IMG/VR virus record: IMGVR_UViG_3300036773_000096
Span: 56,180 to 120,179 of that record
Origin: a virus
DNA: 64,000 nt
Strand: one strand, 5' to 3'
The notes under the pieces were generated by a model. It made no database searches and had not been told where the DNA came from. It was given only the letters and a program-made list of their open reading frames with translations. The translations under genes and the position numbers were made by a program. Each line of letters starts with the position of its first letter. The stretch's first letter is position 1. Below are positions 27,369 to 36,450 of this stretch, piece by piece.

Positions 27369-29546
27369 ATGGGTCGACGCGTCGGGCACGCTCCGGCGAT
27401 CGCTCACGACCAGACCTGGGGCGAGTGGTACAACACGCATTCCCGCCTGTTGAACCCTTTCGCCGCCGGGGCGGCCGTGGGTCTCGCCGGGGTGCTCGAT
27501 GCGTTGCTCGTGCCCTTCTGGTGGCAGACCGTCGCGGGGGTCAGTGTCGCCGGGCTCGGGGTTTTCTTGTGGACTATTGGCCTGCTCGATGCGATGCAGC
27601 GCCGCGTCTACCGTTTCATCCTCGTGCTGGGCATGTTGTGGATGTTCGCCTGTCACACGCCGTGGGCGACGGAGTACAAGCTGGATTTCGGTATCGCCTG
27701 GTTTTGTGCGGTGATGCTGTCCGGGTGTGCCTACTGGACTGACCAGCGTGAGACGAAGCGTCGTGAGGTTGACGCTGAGGTCAAGGCGTGGGCCCAGTTC
27801 AAGGCTAAGAAGCTCGGAATCGAACTGTCCCGCATTACCCCTAAGAAGAAGACCAAGAACGGCTCTACGCGTCGCCTGTGGTGGGATGGGGACGATTACA
27901 CGGTGTCTCAGATCAAGGGACTCGCTCCCCGCATCGAGGCATCGTTGGGTATTCCCCTGGGGCAGCTGCGGGTCATGGAAGTCAAGAACGACAGCGACAT
28001 GACCCGGTCGGACTGTGTCGACCTCGTCGAGAACACCGACAACGCTGCCCGGCGCATTCCCGTGGCGTTCACCTCGCCCACCATGACGTCGATTTGTGAC
28101 GCCATGGACGTCGGGCCTTACGACGATGGCGAAATGTGCCAGATCTTCTGGTACAAGCAGGGATTCGGTGGCACGCACACTCTCGCCGCTGGGGCGACCC
28201 GGTCAGGTAAGAGCGGTTTGTACCACCTGATGTTGGCGGAGACGGCGAACTGTGACGATGTGGTGCGGTTCGGTATCGACGCCAAGGGCGGAATGGCGCT
28301 GCGGCCCTGGGCGCCGATGTTCCACTGGTTGGTGTGTGGTCGCGACGAGGCTGCCATGGAGGAGGCCGCCGCACTACTGGAGCGCATCAACGCGATCATG
28401 ATTTACCGGGAGAACTACGCGGCCAGCAAGGGCTGGGACGTCTGGCGGGTCAGTAAGAAGCACCCGTTGATCATTCTGTATGTCGATGAGGCAGCAGAAG
28501 TGTTCAACATGCAGATGGAGAACTTCCACGCCCTCCAGCTAGTGGAAAAGCTCGGCCGGATGGGTGCCGGTGTCGGTGTTCTGTTGTGCGCCGCAACCCA
28601 GTACCCGACTCTGGACGCGATCGGCTCCAGCCAGCTCCAGGCGAACATTCTGCGGAGGTTCTGTTTCCGGGTGCAGCAGACCGCACACCAGGCGATCGCA
28701 TTGGGTCGCCACAACGGGGCCGTGGATGCCACGTTCCCCGACAAGCCCGGCGGCGACAAGGGCGCCGGGTGGTGCTTCCTGTCCGAGATGGGCTACATGC
28801 GCGACATGGCGTTGCGGGTTCGCAACGTCGACCGTGACGGCATCTACGACATCGTGTGCAAGTACTGGACGCGGTGCTGCCCCCTGGATGCCGGCAGCGC
28901 GAACGTCGACTGCCGCAACGACGAGTACCGGGCCCGGAAGATCTGGCGCCCGGAGGACGTCAAGCCGAGCAGCGGCGTGTGGGCCGACGAGGACGACGAG
29001 GACACCCCGGATCCGGCGCTGGGACCTGACGCTATCGACGACGAGTTGGCGGAGATGCTCAGGGATTCCGGCGGGGACTCGAAGGGGAGCCCGGCGGGGA
29101 CTCCGGCCGGGGAATCAGCGGGGAACGAGCCGGGGACTCCGGCCGGGGAATCAGCGGGGAACGACACTAAGGAGCAGGTCATGGACACAGCGACGACGGA
29201 GGCCAGCATCCCGATCATGGAGATGCTGATGCCACAGGGCAAGGCCGAAGCGGAAGATCTGGCGGCGGCGCAGAAGCGGTACGCAGAGGAGAATGAGGAC
29301 TGGTCAACGGAGAAGGCCACTGCCGAGTTCTGGCGGATCTTCCAGGTGGCCGGCCGCGACGGGGTCCGGGTGAAGACCCTGCGGGAGAAGTGCCACCGGT
29401 CGGTGTCGTGGACTCAGAACAAGCGACGGGAGGCGCAGGAGGCCCAGGCGATCGTGCCGATCGCGGCGGGCTCGGAGTACTACCGGCTGGTGTCCCCGTC
29501 GATGGTGCCCCAGGCATACCGCCTGGACTCCGGTAACGCAGAGTGA
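27369..29546 (+). CDS. traB: TraB-like FtsK/SpoIIIE conjugative dsDNA translocase
   Basis: N-terminal TMs, Walker A AGATRSGKS, Walker B IILYVDEAA, ATQYP, low-complexity linker and C-terminal wHTH-like domain; AGGAG RBS. Confidence 0.88.
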   Translation: MGRRVGHAPAIAHDQTWGEWYNTHSRLLNPFAAGAAVGLAGVLDALLVPFWWQTVAGVSVAGLGVFLWTIGLLDAMQRRVYRFILVLGMLWMFACHTPWATEYKLDFGIAWFCAVMLSGCAYWTDQRETKRREVDAEVKAWAQFKAKKLGIELSRITPKKKTKNGSTRRLWWDGDDYTVSQIKGLAPRIEASLGIPLGQLRVMEVKNDSDMTRSDCVDLVENTDNAARRIPVAFTSPTMTSICDAMDVGPYDDGEMCQIFWYKQGFGGTHTLAAGATRSGKSGLYHLMLAETANCDDVVRFGIDAKGGMALRPWAPMFHWLVCGRDEAAMEEAAALLERINAIMIYRENYAASKGWDVWRVSKKHPLIILYVDEAAEVFNMQMENFHALQLVEKLGRMGAGVGVLLCAATQYPTLDAIGSSQLQANILRRFCFRVQQTAHQAIALGRHNGAVDATFPDKPGGDKGAGWCFLSEMGYMRDMALRVRNVDRDGIYDIVCKYWTRCCPLDAGSANVDCRNDEYRARKIWRPEDVKPSSGVWADEDDEDTPDPALGPDAIDDELAEMLRDSGGDSKGSPAGTPAGESAGNEPGTPAGESAGNDTKEQVMDTATTEASIPIMEMLMPQGKAEAEDLAAAQKRYAEENEDWSTEKATAEFWRIFQVAGRDGVRVKTLREKCHRSVSWTQNKRREAQEAQAIVPIAAGSEYYRLVSPSMVPQAYRLDSGNAE
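29095..29164 (+). repeat. 36-bp-period tandem repeat in the TraB linker
   Basis: CGGGGACTCCGGCCGGGGAATCAGCGGGGAACGA occurs at 29095 and 29131 (GTPAGESAGN x2). Confidence 0.9.
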
Positions 29547-29550
29547 CCAA

Positions 29551-29701
29551 TGGGCTGGACGGTGCTGGACTCCAGAACCATCCAACACCGTCCAGCCGGG
29601 CCGCCAGCGAGCCCTCGACCTTAGGGGTACCTCGCGGCGAGGCCAGCACCGTCCAGAACTAGCCAGCACTGTCCAACGCAGTCCAACACCATCCAACGAC
29701 C
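29551..29701 (+). repeat. clt-like array (candidate TraB recognition sequences), 10-bp period
   Basis: TCCAGAACCA, TCCAACACCG, TCCAGCCGGG, then GCCAGCACCG, TCCAGAACTA, GCCAGCACTG, TCCAACGCAG, TCCAACACCA, TCCAACGACC, plus two inverted copies at 29551-29570; immediately after the traB stop. Confidence 0.7.
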
Positions 29702-29717
29702 AAGGCGGCGACTACAC

Positions 29718-30062
29718 ATGGTGACCATCGCTTACGCGGCGGCACTGGCCCAGCCCCCCGGCCCGGAACCAGCCCCCAGCGGCATGTCCCCCGCCGCGCT
29801 GGGCACCCTGCTCGTCGTCGGGGCCCTGCTGTGGTGGTTCATCAAGATTCAGCGTGACCCACTGCGCAAGTGCGGCCGATGCCCCGCACCCAAACCGGAC
29901 GGCAGCTATCACCGTTGCCGGCACTGCGGTGGCAGCCCGGAGCGGCTGAAGACAGCGGCGTGGTGGTTCCTGGCACTGGGCATCCCGGTGCCCCGTGCGC
30001 GGCGCTACACCGATCGCCGGGCCCGCATGGCGGTGCCGAAGGACTACACGCGCGACGATTGA
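29718..30062 (+). CDS. small membrane protein with a Zn-finger-like CxxC...CxxC, as found after traB in AICEs
   Basis: TM segment followed by KCGRC...RCRHCGG. Confidence 0.65.
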   Translation: MVTIAYAAALAQPPGPEPAPSGMSPAALGTLLVVGALLWWFIKIQRDPLRKCGRCPAPKPDGSYHRCRHCGGSPERLKTAAWWFLALGIPVPRARRYTDRRARMAVPKDYTRDD

Positions 30063-30095
30063 TTCCCCTTCGATGTCCCGGTGTTCCGGCACGCA

Positions 30096-30130
30096 GAGAG
30101 ACCCCCAGCCGCGTCTGCTGGGGGTCTCTC
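30096..30130. terminator. terminator ending the transfer module
   Basis: Perfect 14-bp stem GAGAGACCCCCAGC / GCTGGGGGTCTCTC with a 7-nt loop, at a convergent junction. Confidence 0.75.
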
Positions 30131-30280
30131 GTGTGAGGGGGTTTAGTCCCCTCGGTTCATGTCGGCCTCCCCTAGTTGTCCCCTTCTCGGTTCCCCGTCA
30201 GTGTCGACCCTGGATCGCGCCCTACTCGACGGTCTCGGTTCCGCAGTGCTCGTGCTCGTAGGTGTCTGGATGCCGCATGG

Positions 30281-30808
30281 TCACCTCCCCTCTGACTGGA
30301 TCTTGCGGCCGGCCATGCGGCCGTCGTGGACGAGGGTCGCGGCGTAACGGGAGACCAGCGCCCAGCGAGGCATCAGGAGGGCCTGTGCCATCAGGCGGGC
30401 CTGGGGCAGGCTGATGGGTGGGTTGCGGCCGCCGTTCTTGGCGAACATGGCCCGGTCGGTGGCGGCACCCGCATCAGCGTTGAGCATGCCCTGCTCGAAA
30501 GAACAGTGCTTGTAGTGCTGCCACCACATCGCTTCGCCCACCTGCCCGGCGGCGCATCCGATCAGCCAGGAGGGCAGGTGTTTTTCGGAGATGCGTTTCC
30601 CGTCCTCGTCGCCTTCGATAACGACCAGACCGGAGACGTCTTCGGTTTCGCGGTGCAGGGTGATGCTGATTTCACCCAACGTGAGACCGAAGTGCGCGCC
30701 GATGATGGCGTGAGATGCCTCGTGGGCGGCGGCGCACGCTTTGAGGTGCTGGGGGAGGATTTGGTCGAAGTAGTCGAAGCTGGGCAGGCCGGACCAGTGC
30801 TGCGTCAT
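30281..30808 (-). CDS. stand-alone M41-like (HExxH) zinc metallopeptidase domain
   Basis: AAAHEASHAIIG followed by AAGQVGE, resembling FtsH-type peptidase motifs; no AAA domain. Confidence 0.65.
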   Translation of the reverse strand: MTQHWSGLPSFDYFDQILPQHLKACAAAHEASHAIIGAHFGLTLGEISITLHRETEDVSGLVVIEGDEDGKRISEKHLPSWLIGCAAGQVGEAMWWQHYKHCSFEQGMLNADAGAATDRAMFAKNGGRNPPISLPQARLMAQALLMPRWALVSRYAATLVHDGRMAGRKIQSEGR

Positions 30809-30977
30809 TTGCGGTTCGCCTCCTCTAGGGCGTCGGCGATGCGGGTGAGTTGAGCGAGGATGCCGAGCTGCGCGGTTGCCGCCGCGAAGTCGTATCGGGC
30901 GCGGAGACCGTAGTTCAGGTTCCCTAGCCAGTCCTCTGCCTTAGCGGCGTAGTCCACGGTGGCCGGCGGGGGGCACA

Positions 30978-31286
30978 TCATGAAGACACCACCTTGGGGG
31001 TGTGGAGGCGAGCGAGGACGGTGATCCATTCCGGGGTGTCGTCGGCCCAACTCAGGTGGTATTCGGAACTGATCAGCGACTTGCCGTCAGTGTTGTCTTT
31101 CTTCAGCTGCGGTCCGGTGATCAGGGCCAGGTAGGGCACCCATTGATCGTCTCTGACCATGTAGGTGATGTCTGCGGTCATGGGTCGGAAGGTCACCGTC
31201 CCGTACCGCTTGACTGTGGGTGGCGCTTCGATGAGGTCACCCTTCCACTCGATGCGGTAGAAGTGAGGATTCTTAACGGTGACCAT
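30978..31286 (-). CDS. hypothetical protein
   Basis: 102-aa ORF in the leftward operon. Confidence 0.55.
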   Translation of the reverse strand: MVTVKNPHFYRIEWKGDLIEAPPTVKRYGTVTFRPMTADITYMVRDDQWVPYLALITGPQLKKDNTDGKSLISSEYHLSWADDTPEWITVLARLHTPKVVSS

Positions 31287-31293
31287 GGCAGTC

Positions 31294-31662
31294 CTATCCG
31301 GCTAGTTGGGTCATGGAGTCGGGTGACCAGTAGGAGTCACCGATCTGGTAGCGGTCGTAGGTGTCTTGGGTGTTGCAGTCGGTGAAAGTGGACTCGTCAG
31401 GGTCATCGGCACGGGGGTGCGCGAGGGCCATAACGAGGCGCCAGCAATCGTGATCGAGGCCCTGTTTGTCGGTGATGCGCCACTCGACCATTGTGCGGAG
31501 TTCACCGTGGGAGGCGCACGGTTGGTTGATTCCGTCATGGAGCTGCCAGCATTGCGGAGTGTCGGCACTGGCCGGGGTGATGGTGGGGGTGTTGCGGGCA
31601 CCGTAAATGCCCATGGCGATCAGCACGGCGAGTAGGAACAGAACAACGCGGCCGGGTTTCAT
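31294..31662 (-). CDS. secreted/membrane-anchored hypothetical protein
   Basis: N-terminal signal/TM MKPGRVVLFLLAVLIAMG; four Cys. Confidence 0.6.
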   Translation of the reverse strand: MKPGRVVLFLLAVLIAMGIYGARNTPTITPASADTPQCWQLHDGINQPCASHGELRTMVEWRITDKQGLDHDCWRLVMALAHPRADDPDESTFTDCNTQDTYDRYQIGDSYWSPDSMTQLAG

Positions 31663-32363
31663 GATTCGGTGCGGCGATGGCTCGGAATGGCGTGGCGATC
31701 ACACCGGCAGTCGGCCGGATTATCGTGCCCATCGACGTGCGCGGCCAGTATGCACGGCTTGTCGCAGTGACCGCAGAGGGGAACGGGGATCACGTTGGCG
31801 GCGTTCGCCAGGCAGGCGGCGACGAACGCGGCCAGGGCGGGGCGGATCTCATCATCGCTGACGTTCTCCAGGCCCCACTCGTCATAGCCGTAGCGGCTGA
31901 GCATTTTGGAGATGTCAGCAGCGAGCATGTCGAGATCGAGGTCTTCGGGCACTTCGGGTTCGGAGGCGGGCTCGAAGTCGACGGTGACCACGTGGGTGGA
32001 CAGGTCGCTGCAAAACTCGCGCGCGGCTGTCTCGATCGCGAAGGCGTGGATGGGGGTTTTGCAGTCGCAGTCCTCATCGTTGCGCACGACGATGTAGCAC
32101 TTCGGCGCTGCGGGGTCGGGTGGTACTTCGGTGACGACGTAGCCCAGGGCGTTGAGGCATTCACCGAGACAGCGGTCGGGGTATTCGGTGAGCAGGGCGA
32201 TGAGGGCCTTGGCGTGGTCGACGCCGATGACGTCGTCGAGGTGGCTCCACAGTGCCTTAGTGGCGTTGTTGGCGGCCGTGGCGGAACGCTTGGCGAGCGC
32301 GCGTCGGGCGTTGTCGGCGATCTCGATGGCGTCGTATTCGGGGCGCGGTAGGGCGATCATCAC
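31659..32363 (-). CDS. hypothetical protein, paralog of 32360..32947
   Basis: Shares YP(D/E)R.L.ECLN..GY, CY, and LD.LAA....I....RPAL.AF..ACLA with its neighbour. Confidence 0.65.
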   Translation of the reverse strand: MMIALPRPEYDAIEIADNARRALAKRSATAANNATKALWSHLDDVIGVDHAKALIALLTEYPDRCLGECLNALGYVVTEVPPDPAAPKCYIVVRNDEDCDCKTPIHAFAIETAAREFCSDLSTHVVTVDFEPASEPEVPEDLDLDMLAADISKMLSRYGYDEWGLENVSDDEIRPALAAFVAACLANAANVIPVPLCGHCDKPCILAAHVDGHDNPADCRCDRHAIPSHRRTES

Positions 32364-32947
32364 GAGTCCAGTTCGGCTTGGCGGGCGAGGCAGGCGGTAA
32401 TGAACGCAGGCAGGGCGGGGCGGACGGCTTCGGTGTTGACGCTGAAGCCGAACCCATCTTCGTGCTGGTGGTCGGAGATGGTGTCGGCGAGCTGCGCGGC
32501 GAGCCGGTCGAGGTCCATGCCGTCGGGGATGTCGATGTGGGGCTCGAAGGGAACGTCGCGGATGTGAGTGCCGATGCCGGCTTCGGTGTTGCCGGCGAAC
32601 TCGGCAGCGGCGTCGGAGTTGGCGAAGACGCGGATGACGTCGTCACCGTCCATGGCGACGTAGCACGTCGGTTCGAGGCCGGTGTCGAGGGAGTCGATGA
32701 CGGCGTACCCGATGTCGTTGAGGCATTCCTCCAGTGGGCGTTCGGGGTAGGCGATGAGGAGGCCCAGGAGCCGGTCGGGAGATGACTGGGACCGCAGGGA
32801 CGTACCGGTGCACAGGGTGTCTTCGGCGAAGTACCAGAAGGCTCTGTTGGCTGGATCGGAGACGCGGGGGGCGAGGAGGGCGGCGGCCCGGCGGGCGTCG
32901 TCGAGAGTTCTCAGGGCGGTGAAGTCTTCGTGGCTGATGGGAATCAT
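32360..32947 (-). CDS. hypothetical protein, paralog of 31659..32363
   Basis: Same shared blocks; start/stop overlap with the neighbour. Confidence 0.65.
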   Translation of the reverse strand: MIPISHEDFTALRTLDDARRAAALLAPRVSDPANRAFWYFAEDTLCTGTSLRSQSSPDRLLGLLIAYPERPLEECLNDIGYAVIDSLDTGLEPTCYVAMDGDDVIRVFANSDAAAEFAGNTEAGIGTHIRDVPFEPHIDIPDGMDLDRLAAQLADTISDHQHEDGFGFSVNTEAVRPALPAFITACLARQAELDS

Positions 32948-32990
32948 GGCGTGGGGTCTCTCTTCTGGTTCGGGGTGCCGGAACGGGCGG

Positions 32991-33491
32991 TCAGTTGTCG
33001 ATATCGGCGAAACGGGGCAAACCGGTGAAGGGGTTCAGTTCGGGGTTGCGGTCGTACCACTGTTCGGGGGTCATGCCGGCGCCGGGAAGCTCGGGGGCGT
33101 AGACGGCGCGGGGGGTGGTGGGGTCGGTAAAGGTCAGGCCGTGGCGGGCGTAGTGGGCGGCGATCCAAACGTGCAGGTACGCGCGGGACTGGACGCCGAT
33201 GGTGGGGCGTTGTCCGCAGGCACAACCGACCTGGGAGGCAATGCCGCTGCCGTCGGGGGAGGTGATCATCACGGGGGCGTGTTTGGCGTTTTCGGCGGCG
33301 CGCTTGCGGTCGGCGATGGACTGCCAGTAGGCGGCGATGGCCCAGTCGCGGGGGACGCCGATGGCGTCGGCAGCGATTTCGCGCCATAGGCGGGCGTTCT
33401 CGGCTGCGTCTTGGGCGCTGTAGGCGTTGAGTTCGGCCCGCAGTGTGGGGGAGTAGTGGCGGGAGCGGGTGGTGATGTGCGGCGCGGTCAT
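32991..33491 (-). CDS. hypothetical protein (CxC...H motif)
   Basis: GGAGG RBS; downstream of the promoter at 33511-33533. Confidence 0.55.
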   Translation of the reverse strand: MTAPHITTRSRHYSPTLRAELNAYSAQDAAENARLWREIAADAIGVPRDWAIAAYWQSIADRKRAAENAKHAPVMITSPDGSGIASQVGCACGQRPTIGVQSRAYLHVWIAAHYARHGLTFTDPTTPRAVYAPELPGAGMTPEQWYDRNPELNPFTGLPRFADIDN

Positions 33492-33552
33492 GGTGACCTC
33501 CAAGTCGGGGCCGGAACAACACCGAGCCTACCAGAGTTGCGGGGATGCGCAA

Positions 33553-34521
33553 CTAGGCGGCGATTCCCAGCACCGCTTCAGCGGTCACCCAGTCCCGCGC
33601 GATCGCGACCTGCGCATCGCGCAGCGGCACGGGGCGCATGCCGGGAATGCGGCCACACACCGCAGAGTGCAGGCGAGTCTCAACGTTGTCCTTAGAGTTG
33701 CGGAACCCCTGACCAGCCAAGTCCGACCGCTCCGCCCACAGGTTGCTCACGTCGTTGCTGCCGCCCAGCCACAGCGGCACGTCGTGATCCAGCTCCGTAG
33801 TTGACCGCGCCGACGCGGGCACCCCGTAAGCGGCCATGGCGATCGTTTTCAGCCGGTCCGTCTCGGCCTTCGGGGCCCGGATCGTGCTCGTCGACCAGTG
33901 CGGATTGCAGATCGTGGCGGCTTTCGTGGCGTCGGTGATGTCGCTGCGCACCGAGCCCGGCGTGCACGACATCACCGGCAGGCGTGGGTCATCGGCCACC
34001 CCGCGCACGCAACGGGCCGGGTAGGTGCCGGTGACGTGCGCGGTCGGCGCGATGATGACCTTCGGGCCGCCGTCGCCGATGGGTGCCATCAGGGCCCGCA
34101 TCTCCTCCGGTGGCACCGACGGAAGCTCACCGAGGTCAGTGGCGGGCGACGCGGTTGTCGGGGCGGGGACGGCCAGGGAGTCGATAGCGCCCACGCCGCA
34201 TCCGGTGAGTACCAGGAGCAGGATGCCGGCCACGGCGCAGCTGATGACGAACGCCCACGGGAACCAGCGGCGGCGCCTCCGCGACCGCCGGCCGCGCCGG
34301 ATGGCGTGCTGGGCGGTGTTAACGGTGACCAGCTCAGGTTCGTCGAGGCGTGCGGAGTCGCGCAGCTTGGCCAGTTCCTCCCGGAGCGGGTCGCTCGTGT
34401 CCGTGGGTGGCTGGGCGGCGTGGAGGCTGTCGAGTAGGGCGTCGTCGGCCCGGATCGCGGCCATGTCCAGGCCCGCGTGATCGGGGTCGAACAGCGGGCC
34501 GAGCTTGCGGTGGCGTCTCAT
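33553..34521 (-). CDS. RsdA-like anti-sigma N-terminal motif + TM/lipobox + extracellular HNH-like domain
   Basis: DMAAIRADDALLDSL; basic stretch + TM ending LTGC; TPGS...IC...ELDHDVPLWLGGSNDVSNLWAE...KDNVETRLHSAVC; GGAG RBS and ATGA overlap. Confidence 0.65.
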   Translation of the reverse strand: MRRHRKLGPLFDPDHAGLDMAAIRADDALLDSLHAAQPPTDTSDPLREELAKLRDSARLDEPELVTVNTAQHAIRRGRRSRRRRRWFPWAFVISCAVAGILLLVLTGCGVGAIDSLAVPAPTTASPATDLGELPSVPPEEMRALMAPIGDGGPKVIIAPTAHVTGTYPARCVRGVADDPRLPVMSCTPGSVRSDITDATKAATICNPHWSTSTIRAPKAETDRLKTIAMAAYGVPASARSTTELDHDVPLWLGGSNDVSNLWAERSDLAGQGFRNSKDNVETRLHSAVCGRIPGMRPVPLRDAQVAIARDWVTAEAVLGIAA

Positions 34522-34682
34522 CGGGTGCTCCGTTTCAGGATCCATCGACCAGTCGAGTAGTAGACGATGCCAGCGACGGGCAGGGCGAGCAGGTAGGCGA
34601 AGGCGACGACGCTGAAGACGCACACGGTGGCGACGACGCCGGCTAGGGCGACGAACAGTCGCAGCATCGCGTAGATGATCAT
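34518..34682 (-). CDS. small membrane protein
   Basis: AGGAG RBS; hydrophobic 54 aa. Confidence 0.55.
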   Translation of the reverse strand: MIIYAMLRLFVALAGVVATVCVFSVVAFAYLLALPVAGIVYYSTGRWILKRSTR

Positions 34683-34750
34683 TTCGGGTACTCCTGGGGC
34701 CGGAACGGTGAAGCGGGACACCCGATATGTCGCCGACCGGGTGTCCGGTG

Positions 34751-35173
34751 TTACTGGTCGGGCCGCATGCAGATCAGGGGACACGGGCCGCCGGTCTGTT
34801 GCTCTTGCTGGGCGATGTGGGCCTGCACCTGCTGCGTGCAGTAGGCGTCGGCAGCGTCGGCGTTGTGCGCCTGCGGCTCCAGGCCGTAGACGTGGCGCAT
34901 GAACACGTCGTTGATCCCGCAGTGGTACGTCGTGACCGGTGCCTGTCCGGGACGGGTCAGGACGCAGACCGTGTGCTCGCCAGTGATGTTGAGCTTGCAG
35001 TCCTCGACGGTGCGCGGGTCAGGCTCGCCCTCGACGGCGGTGCACACGGTGCGGGTGCGGTCGCCTTCGAGGGTCGCTGTGCAGTGCGGCCCGGCCGTGC
35101 TCGCCGGAACCTCGCAAGCGGCACCGGCCAGGGCCAGCGCCAGGCAGGCGCCCAGGAGCAGACGCCTACTCAT
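34751..35173 (-). CDS. Cys-rich putative lipoprotein
   Basis: MSRRLLLGACLALALAGAAC lipobox-like signal; about 8 Cys in the mature part. Confidence 0.6.
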   Translation of the reverse strand: MSRRLLLGACLALALAGAACEVPASTAGPHCTATLEGDRTRTVCTAVEGEPDPRTVEDCKLNITGEHTVCVLTRPGQAPVTTYHCGINDVFMRHVYGLEPQAHNADAADAYCTQQVQAHIAQQEQQTGGPCPLICMRPDQ

Positions 35174-35586
35174 CCGGTGTTCTCCCGCCGCGCGGTCTCC
35201 TGCCGGATCAGTGCCCACTTCGCGGGCAGTCGACTGTCCAGGGGACCGACGTCGATACCGACCGCTTCAGCCCGCGCGATCTCCTCAGCGGACAGTTGCG
35301 CGGCGGACCACGTGGCAGCGAGCAGGTCTTGCTCCAGTGGCTTGCCGGTGTGGGTGTCGATGCCGTGGGCACGCAGGGTCCGTTTGGCCTGCTGGAGTTC
35401 CACGCGAAGCTCGACCCCCTTGCGATGAAGGAAGCGGTTCGTCTGCCCCAACGCGACAACCATGTCCAGAGGGGCTGTGCCGGGAGGGATCGCGTCGGGT
35501 CCACCGAGTGCGGCGACCAGCGCGTCGCGGATCTCGTTGATCTCGCGGGCGGCGGCGACCCAGGACTCCCACGGGTGGTCGCTCAT
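35170..35586 (-). CDS. hypothetical coiled-coil protein
   Basis: 138 aa; ATGA overlaps at both ends. Confidence 0.55.
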   Translation of the reverse strand: MSDHPWESWVAAAREINEIRDALVAALGGPDAIPPGTAPLDMVVALGQTNRFLHRKGVELRVELQQAKRTLRAHGIDTHTGKPLEQDLLAATWSAAQLSAEEIARAEAVGIDVGPLDSRLPAKWALIRQETARRENTG

Positions 35587-35767
35587 TCGATCCAGTCCCC
35601 CTCGAAGATGAAGATCCCGCCGTAGACGATGGCGACGGCGATCAGGGCGGCGGCCCAGTAGGCGATGTGGTGGTGGAACAGTGCCACCCCGCCGATGATG
35701 GCCAGGGCCAGCAGGATCGCCCCTACCGCCTGGGCGAGCATGTAGGCGATGAGTCCGTCGATGCCGT

Positions 35768-36106
35768 TCATTCCCACCTCACCCAACGGGGCTGCACGAA
35801 ATTACAGTCCGTTGCATCGTCAATGTCGACCCAGTTGAGTTCGCTGGTCACGTAGTCGCGGGTGGCCATCCCCGGCCACGTGCCGCCATCGCCGTAGTCG
35901 CAGTAGATGACGACCGGCTCGCCACTGTCCGGCGCAATGTCGCCCGGTAACTGCCAGTGGTCGGCGCGCGTATCGCCGTCATCGGCGTCCCACGCTTGCC
36001 GAGCGGTGGGGAAGAGTCGGGGCATCAGCCGATCGCAGCTCCCTTGGTAGAGGGCGTATCTGATCTCCCCGTCGGGGAAGAGAACTGCAACACCAGCGCG
36101 GCTCAC
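35768..36106 (-). CDS. hypothetical protein
   Basis: 112 aa, coupled to its neighbours. Confidence 0.55.
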   Translation of the reverse strand: MSRAGVAVLFPDGEIRYALYQGSCDRLMPRLFPTARQAWDADDGDTRADHWQLPGDIAPDSGEPVVIYCDYGDGGTWPGMATRDYVTSELNWVDIDDATDCNFVQPRWVRWE

Positions 36107-36450
36107 AGCTTCACTTCCGGCATTTCACACACGGTGAACCCTTCGGCGACAACACCCTCGCAGTGCTGGGCGCACACGCCGTCGACGTGTCGACTGCCGA
36201 GCCGCATGTAGAAGTAGCCGACGGACGGTTTGGTGCATCCCCGGACGGCGGTGCAGGGGTTGTGCGCGGCGCTGTACTCGCGGTCGACGCGTTCGCAAAG
36301 GTCGGCGAGTGCCTGTGCTTGGCGGGCCAGCGCCCGGCGCTCCCCGGGCAGCATGGCGGTCACGACGAGCTGCCGGGCGGTGTCGGTGTCGCCTTCGATG
36401 AGAGCGAGCAGGGCGTTGGATTCGGTGTAGTGCGTCGGATCCTCGGTCAT
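36103..36450 (-). CDS. hypothetical protein with C-terminal Cys cluster
   Basis: ATG 36450 overlaps the upstream TGA. Confidence 0.55.
   Translation of the reverse strand: MTEDPTHYTESNALLALIEGDTDTARQLVVTAMLPGERRALARQAQALADLCERVDREYSAAHNPCTAVRGCTKPSVGYFYMRLGSRHVDGVCAQHCEGVVAEGFTVCEMPEVKL

Noticed and set aside
29551-29701. Repeat array as a CRISPR
   Set aside because: Units are 10 bp, degenerate and contiguous with no unique spacers; no cas genes in the window
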